Notes: generated by a model not told the origin, from the letters alone. A DNA stretch of 64,000 nt from Eubacteriales bacterium (GCA_050953105.1 JBMNMA010000007.1:198923-262922); one strand, 5' to 3'. Numbered from the stretch's first letter, positions 1 to 10,402 are shown. Program-made: numbers and translations.

Positions 1-1
1 C

Positions 2-361
2 CAGAAGATTTCGGATTTACACCGGCTTTTTATAAAAAAAGCCACCGACATACTCGGCGACGACATTGAAATGAAGGTGCCCGAAAACCATATAGACGCT
101 TTAATAAATATAAGTCTAAAAGGGGTTAAAAGCGAGGTTGTAATGAATTATCTTTCCTCAAAGGGAATTTGTATTTCCTCCTCCTCGGCCTGCTCAACAA
201 AGGCAAAGGAAAACCTTGCTTTGGCCGCTTTCGGCTACGGTAAGGAATACAACGATACGGCAATACGGATAGGATTTTCCCCCTTCAACACCGAGCAAGA
301 GGTGGAAACGCTGGTAGACGAGCTTAAAAACGCTCTTGCTTTCAGAATAAAAAGGAAGTAG
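2..361 (+). CDS. cysteine desulfurase (NifS/IscS family), C-terminal fragment; the 5' end lies off the left edge
   Basis: The frame is open from nt 2. The tail 'GICISSSSACS...AIRIGFSPFNTEQEV' resembles the active-site Cys loop and C-terminus of desulfurases. It lies directly upstream of thiI, as in the B. subtilis nifZ-thiI pair. Confidence 0.7.
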   Translation, partial: QKISDLHRLFIKKATDILGDDIEMKVPENHIDALINISLKGVKSEVVMNYLSSKGICISSSSACSTKAKENLALAAFGYGKEYNDTAIRIGFSPFNTEQEVETLVDELKNALAFRIKRK

Positions 362-365
362 TTAA

Positions 366-1541
366 ATGAGACATATTGTGGTTTTAAAATACGGTGAAAT
401 AGTCTTAAAAGGCTTAAACCGCTCCCGCTTTGAGTCGCTGCTTATGCGGCGGGTTAAAAACATGCTTAAAAACGTAAACGGTGGGTTTGAACTGTATAAC
501 TCCCAGTCCACCCTTATAATCCGCGGGAACGACAGTGCGGATATGAGGGAAGTGGCCGAAAAAATGAAAAAGGTTTTCGGCGTGGTGTCTGTGTGTTTAG
601 GCTACGAGTGCGAAAAGGACATGGAGGCAATAAAGGCCGCCGTCCGGGAAAAGGCAAAGGAGCTTATCGGACAAGCCAAAACCTTCAAATGCGCTGCCAA
701 GCGGTCGGACAAGAATTTCCCCTATATTTCCCCCCAAATCTGCGACATCTGCGGTGGAGAGGTGCTTGAAAACGTCAGAAACATAAAGGTTGACGTAAAT
801 AACCCCGAAGTGGTGTTAACCATTGAAATACGGGACAAGTTTGCTTTTATCCACGCCGGCGGCGAAAAGGGCGCCGGGGGAATGCCCATCGGCTCTAATG
901 GCAGGGGAATGCTGCTTATTTCCGGCGGCATTGACTCCCCCGTGGCAGGCTACATGGTGGCCAAGCGGGGCGTGGCCATAGATGCGGTGTATTTTGAAAC
1001 GCCGCCCTATACCGGGGACGCAGCAAGGGAAAAGGTGGAATCACTGGTTAAAGTCCTTGCCTCCTATGCCGGTAACATTTATTTTTCCGCCATTCCCATA
1101 ACCGAAATTCAGCAGGAAATAGCCGAAAACTGCTCAGAAAGGCTGTGGACAATTTTACTGCGGCGCTTTATGATGCGGATAGCCGAAAAACACGCCCAAA
1201 AGGTAGGATGTACGGCACTTATAACAGGCGAAAGCATAGGTCAGGTGGCAAGCCAGACAATGGAGGCCATAAACTGCACCAACAACGCCGTAACCATGCC
1301 TGTTTTCCGTCCCTGCATTGGCCTTGACAAAGAAGAAATTGTGGTTTTGTCAAGAAAAATCGGCACCTTTGAGCTTTCCACCCTCCCCTTTGACGACTGC
1401 TGCGTGCTGTTTACCCCAAGACATCCCAAGCTTACCCCCACCATAGAGGAAGTGCTTGAGGAGGAAAAAAAGCTTGACGTGGACGGCCTTGTGGAAAAAG
1501 CCCTTGCCATGAGGGTGGTCAAACGGATAGAAGGGAATTGA
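366..1541 (+). CDS. thiI: tRNA 4-thiouridine synthase ThiI
   Basis: 391 aa with a THUMP-like N-terminus and the PP-loop motif 'LLISGGIDSPVAGYMVAKRG'. Confidence 0.9.
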   Translation: MRHIVVLKYGEIVLKGLNRSRFESLLMRRVKNMLKNVNGGFELYNSQSTLIIRGNDSADMREVAEKMKKVFGVVSVCLGYECEKDMEAIKAAVREKAKELIGQAKTFKCAAKRSDKNFPYISPQICDICGGEVLENVRNIKVDVNNPEVVLTIEIRDKFAFIHAGGEKGAGGMPIGSNGRGMLLISGGIDSPVAGYMVAKRGVAIDAVYFETPPYTGDAAREKVESLVKVLASYAGNIYFSAIPITEIQQEIAENCSERLWTILLRRFMMRIAEKHAQKVGCTALITGESIGQVASQTMEAINCTNNAVTMPVFRPCIGLDKEEIVVLSRKIGTFELSTLPFDDCCVLFTPRHPKLTPTIEEVLEEEKKLDVDGLVEKALAMRVVKRIEGN

Positions 1542-2047
1542 AAATGGACGAAGGTCTGTATAAAGCCGCCGAAAGGCTTGTGGGTATTTTGCAAAAACAC
1601 GGCAAAACCATATCCACCGCCGAAAGCTGCACCGGAGGTTTAATATCGGCGGCAATTACCGCCATACCCGGCGCAAGCAATATTTTTAGCCTTGGCGTCT
1701 GCACCTACTCGGCCGAACAGAAAATAAATATATTAGGCGTATCCCCAGAGGTTATTAAAAAATACACCGTGGTAAGCAGCGAAACGGTTTTACAGATGGC
1801 CGGCGGGATTAAAAAGCTTGCTTTGTCCGACTATGCCATATCGGTAAGCGGTATTGCCGGCCCAGGCGGGGGAACGGCGGGAAATCCCGTGGGAACGGTG
1901 TGGTTCGGGTTTGCGGCCGGTGAAAAAATATTAAGTGAAAAACGCCATTTTAAAGGAAACCGGGACGAGGTAAGAAAACAAGCCGTCCTGTTTGCGATAG
2001 AAAAAATAATTGAAATTATAAACGGAGAAAAATATGACACGCCATGA
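1538..2047 (+). CDS. CinA C-terminal domain / nicotinamide-nucleotide amidohydrolase (PncC-like)
   Basis: 169 aa with the conserved 'TAESCTGGLISAAITAIPGAS' motif. Its start overlaps the thiI stop. Confidence 0.8.
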   Translation: MKMDEGLYKAAERLVGILQKHGKTISTAESCTGGLISAAITAIPGASNIFSLGVCTYSAEQKINILGVSPEVIKKYTVVSSETVLQMAGGIKKLALSDYAISVSGIAGPGGGTAGNPVGTVWFGFAAGEKILSEKRHFKGNRDEVRKQAVLFAIEKIIEIINGEKYDTP

Positions 2048-2432
2048 AAGTCGGGTGGCAGCCTTTTGCCTGCTGTTTGAATACTCCTTCGGGGGACAAC
2101 CTGAGGAGATTATATCAAACGCCATAGAATACCGGGAACTTCAGCTATCAGCCTTTGCCCGTGAACTGTTTACCGGGGCGGTTAGGGAGCTGGAGCAAAT
2201 CGACACGCTTATTTCTAAGTTTGCCGAAAACCGCACCTTTTCAAGAATAGGCAAGGTTCCCCTCGCCTGCCTTCGTCTGGGAGCATACGAAATTTTGTTT
2301 ACCGAAACTCCCGCCGAAATCGTAATAAACGAAATTCTGGAAATCTGCAGGGAATTCAACTGCCACGACAGCGTTTCCTACGTCAACGGAGTTTTGGGAA
2401 AAATTAATTTAACAAAGGGACAAAATGGATAA
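2034..2432 (+). CDS. nusB: transcription antitermination factor NusB
   Basis: 132 aa, NusB-like length and C-terminal 'SYVNGVLGKI'. It occupies the canonical position upstream of xseA. Confidence 0.85.
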   Translation: MTRHESRVAAFCLLFEYSFGGQPEEIISNAIEYRELQLSAFARELFTGAVRELEQIDTLISKFAENRTFSRIGKVPLACLRLGAYEILFTETPAEIVINEILEICREFNCHDSVSYVNGVLGKINLTKGQNG

Positions 2433-3651
2433 GACATCTGCTCCGGTTATAACCGTAACGCAGCTTAACAATTTCATAAAGGACTGCCTTGATAACGTTC
2501 CCGTCCTTGAAAAAATATCGGTGAAGGGTGAAATTTCAAACATAACCCTTCACAAAACGGGACACATCTATATGACCTTAAAGGACGAAGGCGGGGTTAT
2601 AAAGGCGGTAATGTTCCGTTCCGATGCGGTTAAGCTTAATTTTGTCCCCAAAAACGGGGATAAAGTGGTAGCCACCGGCCGGGTGTCGGTGTTTGTCCGG
2701 GACGGGATATACCAGCTTTACGCTACGTCGCTGGAGCTTGACGGCATCGGCTCTTTGTATATCGCCTTTGAAAAGTTAAAGGCAAAGCTTGCCGCCCAGG
2801 GACTTTTTGACACGGCAAGAAAGCGTAAGCTGCCATCGGTCCCCTTTTCCATAGGTATTGTTACCGCCCCCACAGGTGCGGCTATCAGGGATATGATAAA
2901 CATATCCGGCCGGCGCTTTCCGGCGTGTGAAATTATCCTTTACCCGTCCTTGGTTCAGGGAAGCGGAGCGGCGCAGAACATTATAAAGGGAATAGAATAC
3001 TTCAACCAGACAAACCGGGTTGAAATTATCGTTATCGGCCGGGGCGGCGGAAGCATAGAGGACCTTTGGGCATTTAACGACGAAAATCTGGCTTATGCCA
3101 TTTATAACTCAAAAATACCCATCATATCCGCCGTAGGCCATGAAACCGACTTTACCATTTCCGACTTCGTGGCCGACTTAAGAGCGCCTACCCCTTCGGC
3201 GGCAATGGAAATCGCCCTGCCTGACATAAAGGAGCTTTTGCATAAGTTCGAAAACGTCCGCTCCCGCATAGCCTTGCTCCTAACCAAGCGGCTTGACGGT
3301 GAAAAGCGGCTTATGAAAATGCTGTCGGCTGCGGCGGTGCTAAATTCCCCCGAAAGGCTGTATCAGGATAAAATGCTTGAACTGTCAAGGCTTTCCGACA
3401 GACTGGACGACGCCGGAACATACGGAATTACGGAAAGAAAACAAGCCATATCCGCTTTATCCTCCCTGCTTAATTCCTACAACCCTCTCGGGGTGCTGCA
3501 GCGGGGATATTCGGTGGCATATGATATAAACGGAAAAATTGTTACCAAAAAGAATCAGATAAATATCGGCGACGGCTTTTCCCTATTATTGGCCGACGGC
3601 AAAATTCAGGCCGTCAGAACAGGAGACGACAATGGAAAAGAAAAGTTATGA
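2425..3651 (+). CDS. xseA: exodeoxyribonuclease VII large subunit
   Basis: 408 aa with an N-terminal OB-fold region and the conserved 'GRGGGSIEDLWAFNDE'. Confidence 0.9.
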   Translation: MDKTSAPVITVTQLNNFIKDCLDNVPVLEKISVKGEISNITLHKTGHIYMTLKDEGGVIKAVMFRSDAVKLNFVPKNGDKVVATGRVSVFVRDGIYQLYATSLELDGIGSLYIAFEKLKAKLAAQGLFDTARKRKLPSVPFSIGIVTAPTGAAIRDMINISGRRFPACEIILYPSLVQGSGAAQNIIKGIEYFNQTNRVEIIVIGRGGGSIEDLWAFNDENLAYAIYNSKIPIISAVGHETDFTISDFVADLRAPTPSAAMEIALPDIKELLHKFENVRSRIALLLTKRLDGEKRLMKMLSAAAVLNSPERLYQDKMLELSRLSDRLDDAGTYGITERKQAISALSSLLNSYNPLGVLQRGYSVAYDINGKIVTKKNQINIGDGFSLLLADGKIQAVRTGDDNGKEKL

Positions 3652-3847
3652 AGAGGCAATAAAACGCCTTGAGGAAATAGTCAAAAAACTTGAAGAAGGC
3701 TCGGCCCCCCTGGAAGAGTCGATTGCCTTGTTTGAAGAAGGGGCAAAGCTGGTTAAAATGTGCGAAAAAATGCTTTCCGAAGCCGAACAGAAGGTTAAAA
3801 TCCTTATTTCGGGCAGGGAAGAAAATTTCGGTGGCGAAAATGCCTGA
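3632..3847 (+). CDS. xseB: exodeoxyribonuclease VII small subunit
   Basis: 71 aa with 'SYEEAIKRLEEIVKKLEEG...LEESIALFEEG', typical of XseB. It overlaps the xseA end. Confidence 0.85.
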   Translation: MEKKSYEEAIKRLEEIVKKLEEGSAPLEESIALFEEGAKLVKMCEKMLSEAEQKVKILISGREENFGGENA

Positions 3848-4730
3848 AACAGTCAATGCCGAAAAAACGGCAGTCCTTGAAAGCCGGCTTGAACAGCTGC
3901 TGACACCAAAGGAAAAAGCGGGAAAAGCCCTTTATGAAGCCATGGCCTATTCCACCTTGAACGGGGGAAAGCGGGTCAGGGCAATGCTTGCATTTTTGTT
4001 TTGTCAGGCGGTTCCGGGCGACGGCGACTGGCTGAAAGTCCTTGATTATGCTGCGGCGGTGGAGATGATTCACGCCGCATCCCTTATCCACGACGATCTT
4101 CCCGCCATGGACAATGACGATTTCCGCCGGGGCAAACCCTCCAACCATAAGGTTTACGGCGAGGCGGGGGCAATTCTTGCCGGGGATGGACTTATAATCA
4201 AAGCCTTTGAGGTTGCTGCGTCAAACCCTTTTTGCACACCTGCCCAAAATATGAAAGCGGTGGGAATTTTAGCTTCCAGAACCGGTGCCGACGGTATGAC
4301 GGCAGGCCAGATGCTTGATATCTACGGCGATGAAAGCAAAATTGACGGAGAAACCCTCAAAACACTCCATACCTTAAAAACCTCCTGCCTTATATCGGCA
4401 GCCTGCATGTTAGGATGTGTTGCCGCAGGCGGCAGCGAAATACAACAAAAAGCCGCAGAGGAATTCGGCATCTGTCTTGGCCTTGCTTTTCAGATAAAAG
4501 ACGATATTCTTGACATTGAAGGGGATTTTGAAAAAATGGGCAAAACCCCCGGCAAGGATGCAAAGGAAAACAAAGCCACTTATCCCGCATTGTTCGGGCT
4601 TGAAAAATCCCGTAAAATGTGCGGTGAACTGACCGAAAGGGCGGTAGCGGCCCTGTCGGAATTTGGCGATAGTGCGGCGGCAGAAGAATTAAAAAATCTT
4701 GCCTTCCGTCTGCTTGACAGAAAATTTTAA
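3840..4730 (+). CDS. ispA: (2E,6E)-farnesyl diphosphate synthase / polyprenyl synthetase
   Basis: Two Asp-rich motifs, 'LIHDDLPAMDNDDFRRGKP' and 'FQIKDDILD'. I placed the start at ATG 3840, overlapping the xseB stop, rather than at the ORF-track ATG 3690, which would overlap all of xseB. Confidence 0.85.
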   Translation: MPETVNAEKTAVLESRLEQLLTPKEKAGKALYEAMAYSTLNGGKRVRAMLAFLFCQAVPGDGDWLKVLDYAAAVEMIHAASLIHDDLPAMDNDDFRRGKPSNHKVYGEAGAILAGDGLIIKAFEVAASNPFCTPAQNMKAVGILASRTGADGMTAGQMLDIYGDESKIDGETLKTLHTLKTSCLISAACMLGCVAAGGSEIQQKAAEEFGICLGLAFQIKDDILDIEGDFEKMGKTPGKDAKENKATYPALFGLEKSRKMCGELTERAVAALSEFGDSAAAEELKNLAFRLLDRKF

Positions 4731-4745
4731 TTTCAGGAGCCAACA

Positions 4746-6563
4746 TTGATACTCGATAACATTAAATCCCCCGCAGACCTTAAGGGGTTGAACGTAAAAG
4801 AGCTGAAGCAGCTTTGCGGGGAGATAAGGGAAAGAATTTTACATTCGGTTTCGAAAAACGGCGGACACCTTGCTTCCAACCTGGGAGCGGTGGAGTTAAC
4901 CGTCGCTTTTCATAAGGTGTTTTCCTCACCCGATGACAAAATTGTCTTCGACGTGGGACACCAAAGCTATGCCCACAAGCTGCTAACCGGCCGGCAGGAG
5001 GGGTTTGAAAAGCTGCGTTCCGACGGCGGTGTATCGGGTTTTACCAAGCGGAGCGAAAGTGTCCATGACCCATTCGGTTCGGGTCATTCGGGCAACGCCG
5101 TATCCGCCGCCACGGGTCTTGCCGCCGCAGATAAAATAAACGGCAAAAGCAGCCATACCGTTGCCCTTGTGGGGGACGGCGGGTTTACCAACGGCATGAC
5201 CTATGAGGCGTTAAACAACTGCACCGACAAGCAGCTGAATATGATAATCGTCCTAAACGACAACGAAATGGCTATTTCCCGCAATGTGGGGACTATCGAC
5301 AACGTGTTTTCCCGCATGAGGACTTCTAAACGCTATTTCAACTTTAAAAACCGCTTTGTGAGGGTGCTTTCCGCCATTCCCCTTATGGGAAAAACCCTTT
5401 TGAAATTATTTAAGAAAATAAAGGACTACCTTAAACATATAGTTTTAAAAGAAAACTTTTTCGAAAACATGGGCTTTGTCTATTACGGTCCGGTGGACGG
5501 GAACGATATTGACAGGCTTATTTCGGTTTTCGAACAGGCCAAAAAATCCGACCGTGTTTGCGTAATCCACGCCTACACCAAAAAGGGCAAGGGATACAAA
5601 CACGCCGAGGCAAGGCCCGACGAATATCATTCGGTGTCGAAATTTGACATTGAAAACGGCCTTGTGTCCAACGGAAAGGAAAAGACCTTTTCATATAATG
5701 CCGGCAAAATATTAGCCGAAAAAGCCAAAACCAACACCAATATCTGCGCCGTAACCGCCGCCATGACAACCGGCACCGGTCTTGAGGAGTTTGCAAAAAA
5801 CTACCCCGACAGATTTTTCGACGTGGGCATTGCCGAGGAGCATGCCGCCACCTTCTGCGGAGGCCTTTCGGCAGGAGGGCTAAAGCCGGTCTTTGCGGTG
5901 TATTCCACCTTTATGCAGCGCTGCTTTGACCAGCTTGCCGAGGATATCGCCATGCAGAACCTGGGCCTTACCCTGCTTATTGACCGGGCGGGCCTGGTGG
6001 GGGACGACGGAATAACCCATCACGGCATATTTGACGTATCGCTGCTTAATAAAATCCCCGGAACACTTATTTATTCACCGGATTCGCTTGAAGAACTGTC
6101 ATGTTGCATTGACAAAGCCATAGATTATCCCGGACTTTCCGCCGTCCGCTATCCTAAAGGCAAAGAGCCGGAATACGACAGGGATAGGTTTATAAACAAA
6201 GGCAGCCTGTCATATACCGACTTCGGTAACCCCCAAAGGGTTATTGTCACCTACGGCAGACTTACCGCAGAGGCGGTAAAGGCTGCGGAAAAGCTTGGCG
6301 ACACCAGGGTTATAAAGCTTGTTATGATTAAACCCGTTGACTTTGACACCCTTATTCCCCTTATTGGTAATATGCCAACCCTGTTTGCCGAGGAGGGAAT
6401 GTTTGAAGGGGGAATAGGTGAAACAGTTAAAGCCAAAACCGGCAAAGTCTTAAAAATCGCCGCCATTGACGGTGTTCTCCCGGAACACGGCTCGAATGAT
6501 AAATTGTTCAAACAGCTCGGCCTTGATGCCGAAAGTTTGTATAAAGAGCTGATTTCGTTATGA
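4746..6563 (+). CDS. dxs: 1-deoxy-D-xylulose-5-phosphate synthase
   Basis: 605 aa with 'GGHLASNLGAVELTVA' and the ThDP motif 'GDGGFTNGMTYEALN'. The start codon is TTG. Confidence 0.9.
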   Translation: MILDNIKSPADLKGLNVKELKQLCGEIRERILHSVSKNGGHLASNLGAVELTVAFHKVFSSPDDKIVFDVGHQSYAHKLLTGRQEGFEKLRSDGGVSGFTKRSESVHDPFGSGHSGNAVSAATGLAAADKINGKSSHTVALVGDGGFTNGMTYEALNNCTDKQLNMIIVLNDNEMAISRNVGTIDNVFSRMRTSKRYFNFKNRFVRVLSAIPLMGKTLLKLFKKIKDYLKHIVLKENFFENMGFVYYGPVDGNDIDRLISVFEQAKKSDRVCVIHAYTKKGKGYKHAEARPDEYHSVSKFDIENGLVSNGKEKTFSYNAGKILAEKAKTNTNICAVTAAMTTGTGLEEFAKNYPDRFFDVGIAEEHAATFCGGLSAGGLKPVFAVYSTFMQRCFDQLAEDIAMQNLGLTLLIDRAGLVGDDGITHHGIFDVSLLNKIPGTLIYSPDSLEELSCCIDKAIDYPGLSAVRYPKGKEPEYDRDRFINKGSLSYTDFGNPQRVIVTYGRLTAEAVKAAEKLGDTRVIKLVMIKPVDFDTLIPLIGNMPTLFAEEGMFEGGIGETVKAKTGKVLKIAAIDGVLPEHGSNDKLFKQLGLDAESLYKELISL

Positions 6564-7330
6564 TCCGCCTTGATATACTGTTAGTTCAAAAGGGATATGC
6601 CAAAAGCCGCAGCGCCGCCGCCGGTCTTATAAAGGAAGGCAGGGTAACGGTAAACGGAAAAACGGCTGTCAAACCCTCTGAAATCTATGACGAAAGCTGT
6701 AATATTCAAATAAACTACCCTTTAGAGCAATATGTCTCCCGGGGCGGCTACAAGCTTGCCGCAGCCATTGAAGGGTTTGCGATTGATGTAAAGGACAAAA
6801 TCTGCCTTGATATTGGGGCTTCCACCGGAGGGTTCACCGACTGCCTGTTGCAAAACGGGGCAAAAAAGGTGTATGCCGTCGACTGCGGTCATTCCCAGCT
6901 TGACGATAAAATTAAAAATAATCCTAATGTTGTAAATATAGAGCAAATCAACGCCAGATTTTTAAAAAAGGCCGACTTTTCCGACAAAATCGACCTTATC
7001 GTTATGGACGTTTCCTTTATTTCCCAAACCCTTATTTATCCCGCCTGCGGCGATATCCTTGCCGAAGGCGGAGTAATGGTAACCCTTGTAAAGCCCCAGT
7101 TTGAGCTTGACAAATCCAAAATTTCAAAAAACGGCATTGTCAAAGACGAAAAGGGAATATATTTTAACGAAATTAAAGCCAAAATCACAAAAGCAGCCGA
7201 AAATAATTCTTTCCGGCTGGTTGACATAATATGGTCGCCCATTACCGGCGGCGACGGCAACAAAGAGTATCTGGCATATTTTGTAAGGAGAAATTCACAT
7301 GAGGGTATTGGTGTTTCCCAACCGGAATAA
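6560..7330 (+). CDS. tlyA: TlyA family rRNA 2'-O-methyltransferase (hemolysin A-like)
   Basis: S4-like N-terminus 'RLDILLVQKGYAKSRSAAAGLIKEGRVTVNG' and SAM-binding 'DIGASTGGFTDCLLQNGAKKVYAVD'. Confidence 0.85.
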   Translation: MIRLDILLVQKGYAKSRSAAAGLIKEGRVTVNGKTAVKPSEIYDESCNIQINYPLEQYVSRGGYKLAAAIEGFAIDVKDKICLDIGASTGGFTDCLLQNGAKKVYAVDCGHSQLDDKIKNNPNVVNIEQINARFLKKADFSDKIDLIVMDVSFISQTLIYPACGDILAEGGVMVTLVKPQFELDKSKISKNGIVKDEKGIYFNEIKAKITKAAENNSFRLVDIIWSPITGGDGNKEYLAYFVRRNSHEGIGVSQPE

Positions 7331-8117
7331 ACCAAAAACGCAGTATATTCTTGATAAGCTTTCCCTTCTTCTTGAAAAGCAGGGAATACAAATGAATATA
7401 GCCGAATCGGCAAAGGAGGCTATGCAAACCTTCCCGTCCGGCTGCGACTTAGGGATAGCCATAGGCGGCGACGGCACCATACTGTCGCTGGCCGAATGGG
7501 CATCCGTCACCAACACCCCCATTATCGGCATAAATCAGGGAACGTTAGGCTATATGCACGAGCTTGAGGCCGAGGAAATAAACCGCATAGAGGAATTTTT
7601 CAAAGGCAACTATACCGTTGAAAACCGTATGATGCTCCACGCCGACGTGGTGCGCAACGGCAAAACCGTGTTTGAGTGCGAATCGCTTAACGAAGTTGTG
7701 GTATGCCGGGGGATAATAACCAAGCTAATTGATCTTGAACTTTTCTGCGGCTGCAACAAAGCGGCGTCCTACCGGGCCGACGGTTTAATTGTTTCCACCC
7801 CCACCGGGTCCACCGCCTACTCAATGTCTGCCGGCGGCCCGATAGTAGATCCCTCACTTGAGCTTATAACCGCCTGTGCCGTCTGCCCCCATGGCTTTTC
7901 CGGGGCAAATTCCATGATATTTTCTCCAAATTCCGAACTGACAATAAAGGTTTCATCCAAATACAACGGGGATATTTATCTTACCTCCGACGGCAGGAAC
8001 CGAATAGAAATTTTTTACAACGACAGCGTTATAATAAGGCGTTCCCAAAGGGTAACCCGCCTTGTTAAATTAAAGGAATGCACCTTTTGCGAAACCTTGT
8101 CGAGGAAGTTTTCCTAA
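7299..8117 (+). CDS. nadK: NAD(+) kinase
   Basis: 272 aa with the 'IGGDGTILS' GGDGT motif and 'STPTGSTAYSMSAGGPIV'. Confidence 0.9.
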   Translation: MRVLVFPNRNKPKTQYILDKLSLLLEKQGIQMNIAESAKEAMQTFPSGCDLGIAIGGDGTILSLAEWASVTNTPIIGINQGTLGYMHELEAEEINRIEEFFKGNYTVENRMMLHADVVRNGKTVFECESLNEVVVCRGIITKLIDLELFCGCNKAASYRADGLIVSTPTGSTAYSMSAGGPIVDPSLELITACAVCPHGFSGANSMIFSPNSELTIKVSSKYNGDIYLTSDGRNRIEIFYNDSVIIRRSQRVTRLVKLKECTFCETLSRKFS

Positions 8118-8163
8118 AAGTAAAAGCATAGAATAATTTATGCTTGAAAGGAAAGGGCAGGAT

Positions 8164-8616
8164 ATGAAAAACAAACGGCAAAACGAAATTTTAAGGCTTA
8201 TTTCCACCTACGACATCGACACACAGGAGGAACTGCGCAACCGCCTTATTCAAAGCGGTTTCAACGCCACCCAGGCCACCGTTTCCCGGGATATGCGTGA
8301 GCTTAAAATCGTCAAGGTTTCGGCGGGTAACGGCAATTACAAGTATGTTCACCAGCCGGACGACGCCAACCTCCTTCTGCAGAACCGGTTTTCAAAAATT
8401 CTGAAAGAGGCGGTAAAAGAGGTGGACACCGCAATGAACATTGTGGTGGTAAACGTCTATACCGGCATGGGGTCGGCGGCAGGTGCCGCAATAGACTCGC
8501 TGCGTATTACAGGTGTGGTGGGTTCGGTGGCAGGGGACGACACGCTGATTGTTATAACCAAAACCCCCGAATCGGCCGAGGCAGTTAAAGATTACATTTT
8601 AAGCATTATAAAATAA
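8164..8616 (+). CDS. argR: arginine repressor
   Basis: 'TQATVSRDMRELKIVKV' winged helix and C-terminal 'GSVAGDDTLIVI'. I chose ATG 8164 (150 aa, AhrC-like N-terminus 'MKNKRQNEILRLI') over ATG 8140. Confidence 0.85.
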   Translation: MKNKRQNEILRLISTYDIDTQEELRNRLIQSGFNATQATVSRDMRELKIVKVSAGNGNYKYVHQPDDANLLLQNRFSKILKEAVKEVDTAMNIVVVNVYTGMGSAAGAAIDSLRITGVVGSVAGDDTLIVITKTPESAEAVKDYILSIIK

Positions 8617-8649
8617 AACGGGTTTTACCCGTAAAAGGGCGGGAGTGGC

Positions 8650-10311
8650 ATGCTTTTATCCCTTTACATAGAAAATATTGCCTTAATTAAAAAACTGAAT
8701 ATTGACATAAATAAAGGCTTTACCGTCCTTACCGGCGAAACGGGGGGCGGCAAAAGCATTATCATAGACTCCCTTGCCCTCCTTTGCGGCGCAAGAGGGG
8801 ACAAGTCCCTTATCCGCACCGGGGAGGACTATGCCTTTGTGGAGGGGGTTTTTGACGTTTCGGACTCCACACTCGGGGAGGACGCCGAATTTGCCGAAGG
8901 GGGAACTCTTGCCGTTTCCCGCAGAATTACTTCCGACGGGCGGAGTGTCTGCAAAGCCGGAGGGCGGACTATACCCGTTTCACGGCTTAAGGGCATTGTT
9001 TCAAAGCTCCTTAACATCCACGGCCAGCAGGACACCCAGTCCCTTTCCGATCCGGCCACCCATTTAACCCTTCTTGACGCCTATGGGGGATTGCAAAACA
9101 TACTTGACGAATATAATGCGGCTTACGGTGAATATACATTAATCGGGGAGGAAGTAAACCGGCTTTCCAAAATAAACGAGGACAAGCTTATCCGCCTTGA
9201 TGTTATTAATTTTCAAATTCAGGAGCTTGAGGGAGCCGACATTTCCGCCGGTGAGGAGGAAAGGCTGGAATCCGAAAGGACAATCCTTATAAACTTTGAA
9301 AAAATCCTTGACAACGTAAAAACCGCCTTAAATGCCTTAAACGGCACCGGCGGAGTGCTTGACGGCATGTATAAGGCGTCCGACAGCCTAAACCGACTTG
9401 AGGGTACATTGGCGGGGGCGTCAGATTATGTAAACCGCATCGAGTCGGCCGCCTACGATATAAAGGATATTGTGGATTCATTGAAATCCGACATATCCCT
9501 TGATATTGAATCACCCGAAAAGCGGATAGACGAAATAGAGGAACGGCTGTCCACCATATCCCGCCTTAAGCGGAAATACCGGACAAGCGAGGAAGGTTTG
9601 GTTGAAAAACTGAATGAACTTAAGAAAGAAAAACTGCTCCTTGATTCCAGCGACGAGGCTTTGCAAGACAAGATAAACGAGCTTAAGGCTACCGAGGAAA
9701 AGCTTAAGGTGATAGCGGATAATCTGTCCGAAATGCGCAAAAAGGCCGCAAAAAGGCTTGAAAAGGAAATCGAAGGACACCTTGCCGAGCTGGATATGCC
9801 ATCGGTAACCTTTGTAACCGAGTTTGCAAACATTCCTTTTTCTCCCTCCGGAACCGACTATGCGGAATTTTTCATATCCGCCAATGCCGGGGAGGAACCC
9901 AAGCCTATATCCAAAATCGCCTCCGGCGGCGAGCTTTCAAGAATAATGCTTTCCATAAAGTCGGCCTTTGCCTTTATAGACAACGTTAAAACGGTGGTGT
10001 TTGACGAAATCGACACGGGCATTTCGGGCAAAACCAGCGAAAAGCTGGGCATTAAGCTTAAAAAGCTTACGGAAAAGGGGATACAGATTCTCTGCGTAAC
10101 CCATTCGCCCCAAATCGCCTGCCTTGCCGACACACATCTGGGTGTTTCAAAATTCCAGGACGGGGGAAGGACCTATACAGCAGTCAAAACCCTTGATTTT
10201 GAAGAAAGGATTGATGAAATTGCAAGGATAATGGGTGGAATAAATATAACCGATTCGGTCCGGGCGGCATCCCGGGAAGCCCTTGAAAAGGCTAAGCAAA
10301 TTAAAAATTAA
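8650..10311 (+). CDS. recN: DNA repair protein RecN
   Basis: 553 aa with Walker A 'GETGGGKS', a long coiled-coil middle and the SMC signature 'SGGELSRIMLSIK'. Confidence 0.9.
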   Translation: MLLSLYIENIALIKKLNIDINKGFTVLTGETGGGKSIIIDSLALLCGARGDKSLIRTGEDYAFVEGVFDVSDSTLGEDAEFAEGGTLAVSRRITSDGRSVCKAGGRTIPVSRLKGIVSKLLNIHGQQDTQSLSDPATHLTLLDAYGGLQNILDEYNAAYGEYTLIGEEVNRLSKINEDKLIRLDVINFQIQELEGADISAGEEERLESERTILINFEKILDNVKTALNALNGTGGVLDGMYKASDSLNRLEGTLAGASDYVNRIESAAYDIKDIVDSLKSDISLDIESPEKRIDEIEERLSTISRLKRKYRTSEEGLVEKLNELKKEKLLLDSSDEALQDKINELKATEEKLKVIADNLSEMRKKAAKRLEKEIEGHLAELDMPSVTFVTEFANIPFSPSGTDYAEFFISANAGEEPKPISKIASGGELSRIMLSIKSAFAFIDNVKTVVFDEIDTGISGKTSEKLGIKLKKLTEKGIQILCVTHSPQIACLADTHLGVSKFQDGGRTYTAVKTLDFEERIDEIARIMGGINITDSVRAASREALEKAKQIKN

Positions 10312-10402
10312 CCAGAAATTATTGAAAAAACTTGACATAATGCAATGTTTCGTATAAAATATAAAAAATCGTGTTAACATAATTTGTTGGGAGTATTCAG
10401 GA

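Noticed and set aside
3690-3839. Upstream extension of the ispA ORF (ATG 3690)
   Set aside because: It would overlap nearly all of xseB in another frame. The polyprenyl synthetase homology begins near ATG 3840, which overlaps the xseB stop.
8617-8649. Hairpin ACGGGT-ttt-ACCCGT between argR and recN
   Set aside because: The stem is short, with no downstream U-tract on the + strand. It is probably at most a weak attenuator, so I did not call it a terminator.
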